Source: a virus. Taken from it: DNA of 64,000 nt. Location of the stretch: IMG/VR virus record IMGVR_UViG_3300020576_004720, positions 7,706 through 71,705 of that record. One strand, written 5' to 3'. The stretch's first letter is position 1; each line of letters opens with the position of its first letter. Shown here one piece after another: positions 27,414 to 37,961 of this stretch. The notes below the pieces were generated by a model. That model saw nothing but the letters and a program-made list of their open reading frames with translations. It searched no databases and was not told the DNA's origin. Position numbers and translations under genes: made by a program.

Positions 27414-29108
27414 ATGAATAATTTTGCATCTGATCAAATGGCAGGAAAACTTGGTTTACCTGGTATTTTCATGGGTCAGGGAAAAGATTTTGGTATTAGA
27501 AACCATATTGATATTCCTTATGTGACCTCTATGGCTCCAGCTTCTAGCTTGGACCTTGGTGTACTTGATCTTTGGGCACTTAAACAAAGAACAGAATCAC
27601 CACTTTTAACAATGGCTATAGAAAATGCTCAAGTGATTTACACTGACGCAGAGTACTATACTTTTGAATTACCTTCAGCAACTGATGCTACTACAAGGTT
27701 AATCAGTGGTGGTCTTGACAAAGACAAGTTTGGTATGGACGGTGAAGAAATTCCTTTTGTTGTCTCAAAAAGAGATCTTTCAGGAGGTTCTATCTTCAAA
27801 TTTGACTTGACTTCTCCAATCTCTTTCACAGTTGTTGACAGACCAATTGAGCAAGTTGGTGAACACTTTAAGGTATGGGCAGTTCTTAATACTAACTCAA
27901 GAGTTAAGTATATTACTAAAGCTGAATTCCAACCTCAAAGACAAATCCTTAAAATGGCTGACATTAGAGGTCTCGACTTCTCAAGTTATAAATCAACTTG
28001 GTCAGTAGAATCAATGGGACTTGCTAAATACAAGAACTATCTTTCAAATGCTAGACTGCAACAATCATATAGAATGACTTCTGGTGGTGTTGAATACCTT
28101 GATATGAATACAAGGTTTGATGCTCAGAAAGCTAAGATGATGGAACAAGCAGTTATCCAATTCTATCAAGTAAAAGGTATTGCTGATAATAAAGTAATTG
28201 ACCTTAAAGATGGCGAAAGCTATAAGATGTATTGGGAAAGAGTACAAGAAGCTAAAAAGAAAGGTGTTGGACACATGGCTTTTGTAAACCTTCTTGACAA
28301 TATTGCCATCAATCTGATGATGCAACAAAATAATAACCTTCTTATTTGGTCTGATTTTATCAATATCTTAAGAGATGGTTATGATAGTACAAGACTTGTT
28401 CCTGGTGTATGGTTCCAATTAGACCTTGCAGGTTACAAGCATAGCTACTCAATTGACACATTTACACTTGATACTATCACCAATGCAATTAAGGACTTTG
28501 AATATGGTAAAGTTCCATTAAGAGAATCAATTTCTCAGAATGTCTATGTTGTTAAAACAGGTAGAGGTGGTTCTGAACTTATTTATCAAGCGTTCTTAAA
28601 ATCAGGATTCCAAATTCCTGCACAAGTTCAAAATGCAGATCATGGATTTATTACTGGTCAAGCTAATAACTTAACTTACAATGCTCCAAGATTTGTAATG
28701 TATCAAATTCCTAATATTGGTTACATTAAAGTAGAATGGGAACCAGGATTTGATCCAGTAAAAGCTGACGAATTTGTAAACCCAGTATTACCAACTGGTT
28801 ATAGACTTTCTTCTTATACAATGTTAATTGAAGATTACAATACTTCAAGAGAAAACATCCTTATTGTTAGAAAGCAAGCAGCTAACAGAATCAAAATGCA
28901 CGTTGAATCAGGTGATGAAACACATCCTCTGTTAAGACAAACTACAAATGTTGCAGGTAATAATGTGACAGTTGTTAATGGTTCTGATGAGCTTACAGGT
29001 TACCAAGTTAAATTCTCTAGTAGAGCAGATACAGCAATTGTAAAAGACCCTACAAGATTGTTAAAGCTTGTACCTAAGAACCCTAGAACTGGTATTGCAG
29101 CTCTTTAA
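27414..29108 (+). CDS. virion structural protein; candidate major capsid protein by synteny
   Basis: 564 aa. Follows the portal and scaffold-like genes. Confidence 0.4.
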   Translation: MNNFASDQMAGKLGLPGIFMGQGKDFGIRNHIDIPYVTSMAPASSLDLGVLDLWALKQRTESPLLTMAIENAQVIYTDAEYYTFELPSATDATTRLISGGLDKDKFGMDGEEIPFVVSKRDLSGGSIFKFDLTSPISFTVVDRPIEQVGEHFKVWAVLNTNSRVKYITKAEFQPQRQILKMADIRGLDFSSYKSTWSVESMGLAKYKNYLSNARLQQSYRMTSGGVEYLDMNTRFDAQKAKMMEQAVIQFYQVKGIADNKVIDLKDGESYKMYWERVQEAKKKGVGHMAFVNLLDNIAINLMMQQNNNLLIWSDFINILRDGYDSTRLVPGVWFQLDLAGYKHSYSIDTFTLDTITNAIKDFEYGKVPLRESISQNVYVVKTGRGGSELIYQAFLKSGFQIPAQVQNADHGFITGQANNLTYNAPRFVMYQIPNIGYIKVEWEPGFDPVKADEFVNPVLPTGYRLSSYTMLIEDYNTSRENILIVRKQAANRIKMHVESGDETHPLLRQTTNVAGNNVTVVNGSDELTGYQVKFSSRADTAIVKDPTRLLKLVPKNPRTGIAAL

Positions 29109-29208
29109 ATATTTTTTCGGGAGTCGAAAGACTCCTTGGTACCAAGTAAATGCCTCTACGTGGCGGTACTAGATAATCAACCAAATTTACAATAAAAACC
29201 AAGAAAAA

Positions 29209-30201
29209 ATGAGTATAAGATTTGCAATTAGGTGCACAGAAGCACCTGCCTCAAAAGAGGGAAATGACATTGTTAGATTCTCAGGAACATCTGAACCTTT
29301 TTATAGAGTTTCAGAGAGAACTGCAACAAAAGTTGGAGAAGACAAAGAAAGGAATCCAATTTTAAGATTTGTAACAGGTTTGGATGAAACAAAAGTTCCT
29401 TACTACAAATGGTTTACAGAAGCTGAGAAAGAAGAAATCTTGAAACAGCTAAAGGAATTAAAACCTACCATTGAAGATTATTACGGAGGTTCTGAAACAT
29501 TAGATCCAAGTAATAAATACTTTTGGGGACAAAGAAGGGACGTTAGTAGAGTTTCTTTGACAAATCATGACATGGACATCTTTTTAGATACAAAAGATCC
29601 TATTCATGCACTTGCCTACTTAAGTTTTATAAGTGGTGCTTTTGGGGAACTTATTGCTCCTACAAAAGAATGGGCTGAACAACATCAGATACCGCATTAT
29701 ATTGCACTTGAGACAGATAAGTTCGATGAAGAAGTTGATACAGATGTAACTAAAAGTGAGGCTCACGCAGCTCTTACTGAACTTAGAAAGAATTCAGATC
29801 CAGAAGCATTATTCATTTTAGCTTGGTGTTTACAATATGACACTAGTGCTTATGGTGCTCATTTAAGATCTACATCTTATAAAGAACTGGTTAAATATCA
29901 TATTAACTATATTGATGGAAAACTAGTTACTAAGAAAAAAAGAAATATGCCAAAAACTTTTCTTGAATATGCAGAAAAGTGGAAAGGTAAACAAACAAGA
30001 CCTCTTCTTTATGCAGAGGCTTATATTAAAGCAGGTGAATACTTTGGATTCATTAAGCAAAAAGAGAAAAAGTATGTTACCCATGCTGGTACAGTTTTAG
30101 GAAATACTATTGATGAGGCAATTCAGGAAATAGTTAAAACTAAAAATTCTCAGGATCTTGAAGCGTTGAGAGATCTTGTAGAAGCTAAATGGAAAGAATA
30201 A
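29209..30201 (+). CDS. structural-module hypothetical protein (330 aa)
   Basis: ORF. Confidence 0.45.
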   Translation: MSIRFAIRCTEAPASKEGNDIVRFSGTSEPFYRVSERTATKVGEDKERNPILRFVTGLDETKVPYYKWFTEAEKEEILKQLKELKPTIEDYYGGSETLDPSNKYFWGQRRDVSRVSLTNHDMDIFLDTKDPIHALAYLSFISGAFGELIAPTKEWAEQHQIPHYIALETDKFDEEVDTDVTKSEAHAALTELRKNSDPEALFILAWCLQYDTSAYGAHLRSTSYKELVKYHINYIDGKLVTKKKRNMPKTFLEYAEKWKGKQTRPLLYAEAYIKAGEYFGFIKQKEKKYVTHAGTVLGNTIDEAIQEIVKTKNSQDLEALRDLVEAKWKE

Positions 30202-30860
30202 TGACAATATCACAGGTGTCTGCAAAAATAGATTCGAGACTAAATAAGGCTGCAAGTGGTGACTACGATAACATTTGGAATTATCACAAGAAAGAAGCTT
30301 TTTCAAAAGCAATAAGCGAATGGGTTCGTAGACAAATTCACGGTAAGAATCAAACTCAAGAAGGCGATGAAGAAACTGCCATGAGAGTTGATGACTTACA
30401 AGTTCTTTTAAAGTCAGAAAATTTATCCTTTAGGAATAAAGGTTTATATGTAGAAACTGAGAAGTTACCAGCAGACTATTTATATTTTAAAAGACTTAGT
30501 CCATTAGTTTCAACAAGTAGATGTCCAAAAGGTAGAAATATCTTATCATACCTAAAAGAAGAAGCAAATGTTGATGTTTGGATTACAATGCCTTCTTTTA
30601 ATTTTGAAGAGACTTTCCACACATTAATAGGTAATAAAATCAGAGTTTATCATAACAATGATTTTAATATAGATAAAGTAAGTTTGACGTATTATAGAAA
30701 ACCAAAAACTTACAGTTTTAAAAATCTTGATGAAGTAGTTGAGTTTAAAGATGATGTATGTGAAATTCTTGTAGATGAAGCAGTTAAAATAATAGCTTCT
30801 GATATAGAAAGTGCAAATCAAAAAACTCTTAGTCAAGAAAGAATAGAAGTAAACAATTAA
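30189..30860 (+). CDS. structural-module hypothetical protein (223 aa)
   Basis: ORF. Confidence 0.45.
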   Translation: MERIMTISQVSAKIDSRLNKAASGDYDNIWNYHKKEAFSKAISEWVRRQIHGKNQTQEGDEETAMRVDDLQVLLKSENLSFRNKGLYVETEKLPADYLYFKRLSPLVSTSRCPKGRNILSYLKEEANVDVWITMPSFNFEETFHTLIGNKIRVYHNNDFNIDKVSLTYYRKPKTYSFKNLDEVVEFKDDVCEILVDEAVKIIASDIESANQKTLSQERIEVNN

Positions 30861-30888
30861 TTTTTTAATAAACTAAACAAAAATTTTT

Positions 30889-33102
30889 ATGGAAAATTTT
30901 AGCTATCACGTACCGTTTTACGTGGTAAATGGTGGGGTTGCCACTTCAGGTCACTCATCAGATCTTCCAGCAGGACAAGTTGGTCTTTTTGATAGAGCTA
31001 ACTTTAATGTTGCTACAGGTGTAGGAAATGGTACAGAATTCTTCTTTGCCCAAGGTAATATTGGTGGTAAAGACTGGTTTGGTGGAGCTGTTTCTGAAAC
31101 ACACAAATCTCCTTTCTTTAGAGGGAAAGACGTGGAGAACATGTATTTATCACTCCCTCATAAAATCCAAAATGAAGAGTGGGTAATTGGTTACAATGGT
31201 GCTGCTTCTTCTGTAGGTCTTAAATTCGAAGAAGGTAAGGCTTTCAAAATGCAGTTCTATTTTCATGGACAACCTACTTATAGATACTACGCTGGTCCAA
31301 AGACCTATGTAGTTTCTTATACTCCTGACCCAAGTTGCGTAGCTCCTTGTGCAGAAGGTGATTGTCCAGACCCAATTGTTGATTCATTAGAGCATACTCA
31401 AAAGGTAATTGATCTAATCAACAATCATACTGAACTTAGAAAATTTGGTGTAAGAGCTAAATTAGTAGTAGATCCATATACTGCAGCTACTCCTAATATG
31501 GAAAAATACAAACTTTGTGTTTGTGACAATGGAGATTCTGTAGCTCTTAATGCTGTTAAAGCTCAATTCCCAGGAAAAGACATTAAAAGAATTAGCAGAA
31601 GTGGTTCTACATCTTGCTATGAATTCTGTCAAAAAGACTCATTGAGTGCTCCTGCTGATTTTGCACAATCTGGTTCTGTTTCATTAGCAGTTTGTGGTGA
31701 GTGTCCAGCAGGATCTACTTTATCAGTTGGTAAAGATATCTACTATGTGAGTCGTGCTATTACACCTTCAACAGACTTAAGTACTGATAATGCTAAAGCT
31801 ACATATGCAGCAAGTATTGCTACAGCTTACTTCCCTGCAGTTACCTTTAATGGTGCAACTGATGTGGAAGTTGTAGCAGCAAGTGATGCAATCACAGTAA
31901 CAGCTCATAAATTTGTTACAGGTGAAAGAGTAACTTATGCAAATGGTGGAGGTACAAGTGTTGTAGGTTTAACTACAGCTACTGATTACTACGTTATCAA
32001 TGCTTCTGCAAATACAATTAAGCTAGCTACTACAGCAGCTAATGCTCTTGCAGGTACTGCAATTGCTATTGCAGATGGTGTTGGAGCAGCTCATACCTTA
32101 ACTCCAGTTATCAGTTCTACATTTATAAGTCAAAATGGAGCAACAGCTTTAGTAAAGCTTTCAGTTCCAACTGATGCAGTAGTTACAACATTACTTGCTG
32201 ATAGTGTAGATTTCTCACATAGTGTAGGTGCTGAGTGTAGTTTTGCTGCACCAACACCAATAGCTTGGGAATTATCAGGTACTGGTATTAGTTCACAAAG
32301 AACACTTAGAATTAATGCTCTAAATAGACCAGACTGTGATGCAGATGGAGATAGAATTGATGATCTTACATCTATTTTAGCAGATGTTCAAGGAATTCAA
32401 ATTGGTACATTAACTAAGATTGCAGGTGTTGGTTGTGTAGATGATTACACTGTTCAACAAGATTCAGAAGATTGTCTTGATGAAGATTGTCTTACTAATA
32501 ATGTAAGCTTTACTTATGATACTCTTCCTGCTTTTGAAGGAAGGTCATGGGTTGTAGTTCCTGAGACAATTGTTGAAAATGCTTCAAGAAAAACTGGTAT
32601 CAGAATAACTGCAGGATATGTTGATCCTAAGTTTGGTGATGCTAGCTTTACTCCTCAGGATTACTATGAGACAATGCCAGTTAAAATGGAACTTTCTTTA
32701 CTTACTGAAAGTGGAAGTGCTTGCGATTACGCAACATTACCTACAGTTCATCAGGCTAAAGTTGGGCAAATTGCTAGACAGTCAGGTGAGTATGTTGTAA
32801 GGGAAGTAATTATGAAAACTGACGCTTATCTTAAGCATATGCAACAGTTCTCAGTAGATACCAGAATGAGAGAAGCATTTGACCAAAATCTTCTTTCTAT
32901 GGTTGACAGAAAAGCTTTCTATAATCTTTACTATGTAACTTTCAAAGCCTCTTATGGAGCTAGCTTTAGAAAAGGCGAACAAGAGAAATTTACAGCAGTA
33001 TTTGCTTTCAAAGAAGGTGACCCTGCAGCTCAGAAGTTTGAGGCTCAAGTAATTGATACTCTTACTGCAAAATCTGGTGTTAAAATGCACATTAATTCCT
33101 AA
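30889..33102 (+). CDS. major virion structural protein (737 aa, Ala/Thr-rich repeats); sheath- or capsid/decoration-like
   Basis: Followed by the strongest terminator in the window. Confidence 0.5.
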   Translation: MENFSYHVPFYVVNGGVATSGHSSDLPAGQVGLFDRANFNVATGVGNGTEFFFAQGNIGGKDWFGGAVSETHKSPFFRGKDVENMYLSLPHKIQNEEWVIGYNGAASSVGLKFEEGKAFKMQFYFHGQPTYRYYAGPKTYVVSYTPDPSCVAPCAEGDCPDPIVDSLEHTQKVIDLINNHTELRKFGVRAKLVVDPYTAATPNMEKYKLCVCDNGDSVALNAVKAQFPGKDIKRISRSGSTSCYEFCQKDSLSAPADFAQSGSVSLAVCGECPAGSTLSVGKDIYYVSRAITPSTDLSTDNAKATYAASIATAYFPAVTFNGATDVEVVAASDAITVTAHKFVTGERVTYANGGGTSVVGLTTATDYYVINASANTIKLATTAANALAGTAIAIADGVGAAHTLTPVISSTFISQNGATALVKLSVPTDAVVTTLLADSVDFSHSVGAECSFAAPTPIAWELSGTGISSQRTLRINALNRPDCDADGDRIDDLTSILADVQGIQIGTLTKIAGVGCVDDYTVQQDSEDCLDEDCLTNNVSFTYDTLPAFEGRSWVVVPETIVENASRKTGIRITAGYVDPKFGDASFTPQDYYETMPVKMELSLLTESGSACDYATLPTVHQAKVGQIARQSGEYVVREVIMKTDAYLKHMQQFSVDTRMREAFDQNLLSMVDRKAFYNLYYVTFKASYGASFRKGEQEKFTAVFAFKEGDPAAQKFEAQVIDTLTAKSGVKMHINS

Positions 33103-33126
33103 ACTTAAGAAGAACTAATATAAAGG

Positions 33127-33166
33127 CGGTAGGCAGTTAAAAGTCTGCCGCCTTTTTCTTTTTAAC
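33127..33166 (+). terminator. rho-independent terminator
   Basis: GGCGGTAGGCAG-TTAAAAGT-CTGCCGCC followed by TTTTTCTTTTT. Confidence 0.75.
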
Positions 33167-33212
33167 ATCCAGAATTATTTTAATTTTTAGAAAATTTTCA
33201 TTATCTTATAGT

Positions 33213-33761
33213 GTGATTACAACAGAATTATCTTTAGAGGTTTCAAATAGTAATAATCCAAAGGTTATGAGGTTATTTGATACCTCTTTTTATTATAATA
33301 ATCAAACAGTAGAAAATTACTTAATTGAGGTTCTACCAGTAAATAAAACAAACTGGTATACTTTTCATGTAAGTAAGAATTTCTCATTAGTCTTAAATGC
33401 ATCTAATTTACAGTATAAAAAGGTAAATAAAGCTGAAGACCTAATGGACTTACCAGATGGTATTTATGAAATAAAACAATCTATAAAACCAAATATTTAT
33501 AGTGTTCAACACTACTATCATTTTAGAATTGTTGAATTAATTAATAAAATTAATACCGAAAAAGATAAACTTATAGATAATACTTGCAAACTTTCCCAAA
33601 AGGAATATATTGCTAATAGAGATAAACTCAGAGATATTGAGGAGTTTGCTCTTGCTGCAAAGTGGAAAGTTGAAGAATCTTTAGATAAAGTAAAAGGTAA
33701 AGAGTTGTATGATTTTGCAAAATCTTTATTAGAACAATATTCAAATGAGTGTAAATGCTAA
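33213..33761 (+). CDS. structural-module hypothetical protein (182 aa)
   Basis: ORF. Confidence 0.45.
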   Translation: MITTELSLEVSNSNNPKVMRLFDTSFYYNNQTVENYLIEVLPVNKTNWYTFHVSKNFSLVLNASNLQYKKVNKAEDLMDLPDGIYEIKQSIKPNIYSVQHYYHFRIVELINKINTEKDKLIDNTCKLSQKEYIANRDKLRDIEEFALAAKWKVEESLDKVKGKELYDFAKSLLEQYSNECKC

Positions 33762-34227
33762 AGCATCTTTTGCTAAACTAAAATTTGAGCAATTATTAAA
33801 TGATAAGTATTTTGTCGAAACATGTTTTTCAAAGAAATTTGAATCATACTCTTCTAAACAAAAGCTTATTGATATATTGTTTTCTATTAGAGAGTCTGAT
33901 AAATGTGTAACTTTTTCAGAACCAATTGAATGTTATGATGATATAGTTTTCCCTACAACTACATCAACAGAAGCTCCTATCCAAGCAACCTGTTATTGTT
34001 ATCAAGTTGAAATATTAGAAGGTGAATGTAATGTGGATTGGATTGATTGTGATGGAACACCTCAGACATCTCCAATAGGAGGAGGAAAAGCTAACCCTTC
34101 AGTTATAACAATGTGTGCTCAAGAAGGTTCTGTAAGTCCATATTGTCTGACACCAGCAAATCAGGCACAAGTATTAGGTGGAATTTATCCATGTTCAATT
34201 GTAGATGATTGTCCCTCAAATAATTAA
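33745..34227 (+). CDS. Cys-rich hypothetical protein (160 aa)
   Basis: ORF. Confidence 0.45.
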   Translation: MSVNAKASFAKLKFEQLLNDKYFVETCFSKKFESYSSKQKLIDILFSIRESDKCVTFSEPIECYDDIVFPTTTSTEAPIQATCYCYQVEILEGECNVDWIDCDGTPQTSPIGGGKANPSVITMCAQEGSVSPYCLTPANQAQVLGGIYPCSIVDDCPSNN

Positions 34228-34229
34228 AA

Positions 34230-35453
34230 ATGAAGAAAGTAAATAATTGTAATACAGATAATTGTATAGAAACACAATCTTCTTGTACTATATGGAATGG
34301 TGGAGATATTGATTATCTTGGAATATGTAATGGTCAGTCCATTAATAATGTTATTTGGGAAATAGTAACTAAACTAGAGGATATTGCAGGTGATGACTTA
34401 TCATCATTTGATATAGACTCTCTGTTAGATATATGCAATCAAAAAGCACCTACTCAAGTAACTCTAATATCAGTACTAAATATAATAAAACAGAATCAAA
34501 TATGTTTATTTGATTTTATAAAGATTCTTGAAGAAAGAATTAACGAAATAAATAGGTCTGGAGTAGTATCAGCAAACTTAAAATGTTATGCTGATTTTGA
34601 CAATCTTGGAAACTCTCTACAGTTAAATAGAGATCAATTTGATCAATTACTTATTAATATTGTATGTGAGCACAAAACAAGAATAGAAACTTTAGAAGGT
34701 AAAGTTATAGATTTACAGTCACAAATTGATACTCTTAATAACACAAGTCAAGTTGAAGAACTTTCTTTTGCAACTTGTGTAGATGCAGGTGTAAAACCTA
34801 CCTCAACTCAAGTAAAGAATATTGCTGATGCTTTTTGTGATTTTAGAGATCTTTATGGTTCAGTTGCAGAAATGCAAACAGCTCTTGGACAAGTTCCAAC
34901 AGACTTTGACACTGACTATTCTGCTGTAAATCCTGGTGCATGGATTCCTGCAAATGTAAGGAATTCTTTTGCAGATGTAATGAATAACTTGCTTATTGCA
35001 TTTGGTAACTTAACAGCAAGAGTCAAATCTATTGAAGAAACTTGTTGTCAGGTATCATGTAAAGATATTGAGCTTGGTTTCTCAACAAGATACAATGAGG
35101 ATAGAGATGGTATTATTATCACATTTACCTCAGGTTCAGGAACTTATATACCTCTTGGGTTTACAGATGCTGGATCAATGGTTACTATATCTGATGCTCA
35201 AAATGGTCAAATTACTTATAATCTAGATATTCCAGATATGTTCTATAACGGAACTGAAGTAGAGATACCTATTCTTACTTTATCAAATCTGGATGACTTA
35301 GTAATATCTATAGATGCTAAGATTACGAATGGTTCTATTACTTGTGATAAATGTCTTTCACAAACAGTTAAGAGACCAGGTTGTGCTTATTGTACTATTA
35401 CTGCTACTGAAGATGTTACTATTATTTATAAAACTTGTATTTCAAACGTATAA
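34230..35453 (+). CDS. structural-module hypothetical protein (407 aa, Cys-rich)
   Basis: ORF. Confidence 0.5.
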   Translation: MKKVNNCNTDNCIETQSSCTIWNGGDIDYLGICNGQSINNVIWEIVTKLEDIAGDDLSSFDIDSLLDICNQKAPTQVTLISVLNIIKQNQICLFDFIKILEERINEINRSGVVSANLKCYADFDNLGNSLQLNRDQFDQLLINIVCEHKTRIETLEGKVIDLQSQIDTLNNTSQVEELSFATCVDAGVKPTSTQVKNIADAFCDFRDLYGSVAEMQTALGQVPTDFDTDYSAVNPGAWIPANVRNSFADVMNNLLIAFGNLTARVKSIEETCCQVSCKDIELGFSTRYNEDRDGIIITFTSGSGTYIPLGFTDAGSMVTISDAQNGQITYNLDIPDMFYNGTEVEIPILTLSNLDDLVISIDAKITNGSITCDKCLSQTVKRPGCAYCTITATEDVTIIYKTCISNV

Positions 35454-36067
35454 TTATGGCAACAGGAACAAAATGTATATATAAATCAGTTACTTTACAA
35501 CAAGGAGAAACTTTTGTTTTACCTCCTGGAGCTGAGCTTATTGGATCAACTAATGAAACAGCAATTGTTTCTTCTTGTGATGAAGAGTTTAATCTTGAAG
35601 AGATTCAATGTTACTCTATACAAATACAAGAGTCTATATCTGATGGTGGAGATGCTGCATATAATGATGTTTATATAACTGAGGCAACTTTAAATGGAAA
35701 TACTATTATATTTAGTACTCCTATTAGTTTTTATAATTGTTCAGGTTGTATTCCTACTTCATCTATTACTCAACTACAAAATGCATTAAATGAAATGGGA
35801 ATACTAGGAGCATTTAGTGATTGGTCAGGTTATGCGGATGAAATTCCAAATTCAGGAGATGCTGCAATGGTTATAATGATATGTTTTAAAACTTTTCCTT
35901 CTATTGCACAAAATTTAATTTTTAAAGCTTATGGTGATCAAGACGGAAGTGCTCCTAATGTACCAATTATTATTCCAATATTAACAGCAGATCAAATGTT
36001 AACTCAGTATTTAGGAGGAGGAGGATATACCAATTTTGTAAATGCTTGCTCTTGTTATGATCAATAA
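35435..36067 (+). CDS. hypothetical protein (210 aa)
   Basis: ORF. Confidence 0.45.
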   Translation: MYFKRIIMATGTKCIYKSVTLQQGETFVLPPGAELIGSTNETAIVSSCDEEFNLEEIQCYSIQIQESISDGGDAAYNDVYITEATLNGNTIIFSTPISFYNCSGCIPTSSITQLQNALNEMGILGAFSDWSGYADEIPNSGDAAMVIMICFKTFPSIAQNLIFKAYGDQDGSAPNVPIIIPILTADQMLTQYLGGGGYTNFVNACSCYDQ

Positions 36068-36079
36068 TAAATTAAAAAA

Positions 36080-36511
36080 ATGGCATACTATAAATATACG
36101 TGGGAAAAACTAGAAAATACTAGTTACCCTATAATAAAAATAAAATCAGTATTATTAGATTCTACTGAGAAAAATTTTGTTGACAAATATTTTCCTTTCG
36201 ATAGTTCAAAAAAAATAGGTAATGCTATTAATGATCTAAATGATTCAGATATAAGTGCTGTTACATATAGAACTGTATCGGATTCTAATAAAGTAATACA
36301 TGAACTTGTTGTTGATATAGTACCTTTAGTTACAACTACAATGCTAAAGTTAGGTTATAGTGATATTGTAGATGATTCGAATTTATATATAGTTGGAGAA
36401 CTTATTTCATATCCTCCTATAAATCATACTATATTTAGTACATGTTCACCAATAATAACAACAACGACTACTACAACTAGTACAACAACGACTACTACTG
36501 TAGCACCTTAA
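36080..36511 (+). CDS. hypothetical protein with a C-terminal poly-Thr tail
   Basis: ORF ending in TTTTTSTTTTTTVAP. Confidence 0.45.
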   Translation: MAYYKYTWEKLENTSYPIIKIKSVLLDSTEKNFVDKYFPFDSSKKIGNAINDLNDSDISAVTYRTVSDSNKVIHELVVDIVPLVTTTMLKLGYSDIVDDSNLYIVGELISYPPINHTIFSTCSPIITTTTTTTSTTTTTTVAP

Positions 36512-36534
36512 TAACTTTTTAAAATATTTTAAAT

Positions 36535-37524
36535 ATGTCTTGTTTAGAAAATACACCTTGTAATCCTTGTTCTGAAAATAGCTATGATAATTGTGGTTGT
36601 TTAAACCCAACTACTTTTGAGTGCATAACACTTCCTGGTGTTCATTCAGCTCTTGGTATTACAAATGATATGAATGGGCTTCAAGTTTTAGAAGCTCTTG
36701 ATACTCTTATTGCAAATCTTGATATTCCTACTCCACCAAGTGGTTCAGATATATATGCAAAAGTTTCATCATCAGATGATACTGCAGATTATCTAAATAA
36801 CAAATTATTAGTAGGAAACTTCATGACTAAAACAGTCTTGAATCCTGGATTAAATGAAAAAATAAGATTTAATGTAGCTCCAGCTTCACTTATTTCAGCC
36901 GATAGTGGAAACTATCTTGAAATAGGTACAGATGGAAAATTAAGAGCAATTCCTCCAACCCCTACTATAAATATGTATGTACAAGGTGGTACAGGAGTCA
37001 CTGTAACAGGTACAGGTCCTGCAACAGATCCATTTATAGTATCAATTAATCCTTCTATTACAGCAACAAGAAAGTGCTTTGATGGAGTTTGGAGAGATGT
37101 TACATTAACAGCTACAGGAAATGCAAATGTAGTTTATGTATCTGGTACTCCTAAATATAGAGTAAGATTTGATGGAACTATAGAATTTAAAGGTTCTGCA
37201 ACATATACTGTAAATTTTGGAGCATATAGTGATCTTGCTGGAACTAGAAAAAGAACTGTTACTGTAGGAAATATTTCTACAATAACTGCTTTAGCAACTG
37301 GATGTGGTGTTTCTGCAGCGGAACTTCTTGGTACAGCAGACCTAAAATCTATTAACTATATAGACCAACCTGGAACTGGAGATCAAATAACTCAACAATA
37401 TGGTTATATTGTAAGAAAGAATGGAACAAATCTTATCTTAGAATTCCAATCAGCTTTTATAAATGCTACATCAAAACAAATTGTAGTAAATTTTGAAGGA
37501 GTAATAATTCATCCTAACATATAA
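36535..37524 (+). CDS. structural hypothetical protein (329 aa)
   Basis: ORF. Confidence 0.5.
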   Translation: MSCLENTPCNPCSENSYDNCGCLNPTTFECITLPGVHSALGITNDMNGLQVLEALDTLIANLDIPTPPSGSDIYAKVSSSDDTADYLNNKLLVGNFMTKTVLNPGLNEKIRFNVAPASLISADSGNYLEIGTDGKLRAIPPTPTINMYVQGGTGVTVTGTGPATDPFIVSINPSITATRKCFDGVWRDVTLTATGNANVVYVSGTPKYRVRFDGTIEFKGSATYTVNFGAYSDLAGTRKRTVTVGNISTITALATGCGVSAAELLGTADLKSINYIDQPGTGDQITQQYGYIVRKNGTNLILEFQSAFINATSKQIVVNFEGVIIHPNI

Positions 37525-37560
37525 TAAACTTGCAGTTTTCTTGGTTTCTGTAAAAAGTTT

Positions 37561-37590
37561 TGACCCTTGTTCTCAAGGGTCTTTTTTTAA
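37561..37590 (+). terminator. rho-independent terminator
   Basis: GACCCTTG-TTCT-CAAGGGTC followed by TTTTTTT. Confidence 0.7.
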
Positions 37591-37618
37591 AATAAATTTG
37601 GAAAATATAAAAACATTT
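37581..37618 (+). promoter_or_regulatory. promoter (AAATAAATTTGG - 20 nt - TATATTTG), family copy 1
   Basis: Matches the Bacteroidetes sigma-A consensus: -33 TTTG, -7 TAnnTTTG. Confidence 0.55.
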
Positions 37619-37637
37619 CGTATATTTGTATTCCAAA

Positions 37638-37682
37638 ACAGATTACTATGGCTTGTGGCTGTGGAAAACCTAAACCCAAACC
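37638..37682 (+). CDS. tiny ORF (14 aa, MACGCGKPKPKPKK); candidate leader peptide
   Basis: First ATG after promoter copy 1. Translated by hand. Confidence 0.25.
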
Positions 37683-37686
37683 TAAA

Positions 37687-37764
37687 AAATAAAAATATGT
37701 GGTTTATATTTGGAATCCTTTTAGGATTTTTTATAGGTAAAAATTTTGATAAGATCAAAGACTT
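37687..37764 (+). CDS. tiny hydrophobic ORF (25 aa, MWFIFGILLGFFIGKNFDKIKDLIL)
   Basis: Second short ORF between promoter copy 1 and the terminator at 37886. Confidence 0.3.
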
Positions 37765-37885
37765 AATTTTATGAAAAATAACTTTACACATACATGGCAA
37801 CCCACAACCCAGTGTCCATTTGGCATCTGCGAGGGTCTATGTATATGTATTAAAAAGTAAGCTTTTATTTTTTCCGATTCATACA

Positions 37886-37915
37886 CAAACCCTCAATAAC
37901 ATGAGGGTTTTTTAT
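37886..37915 (+). terminator. rho-independent terminator
   Basis: CCCTCA-ATAACA-TGAGGG followed by TTTTTTATTTT. Confidence 0.65.
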
Positions 37916-37961
37916 TTTATGGCGATGTAGGGAAGTCAGGTTTTTCCCACTAGCTTTGGGA

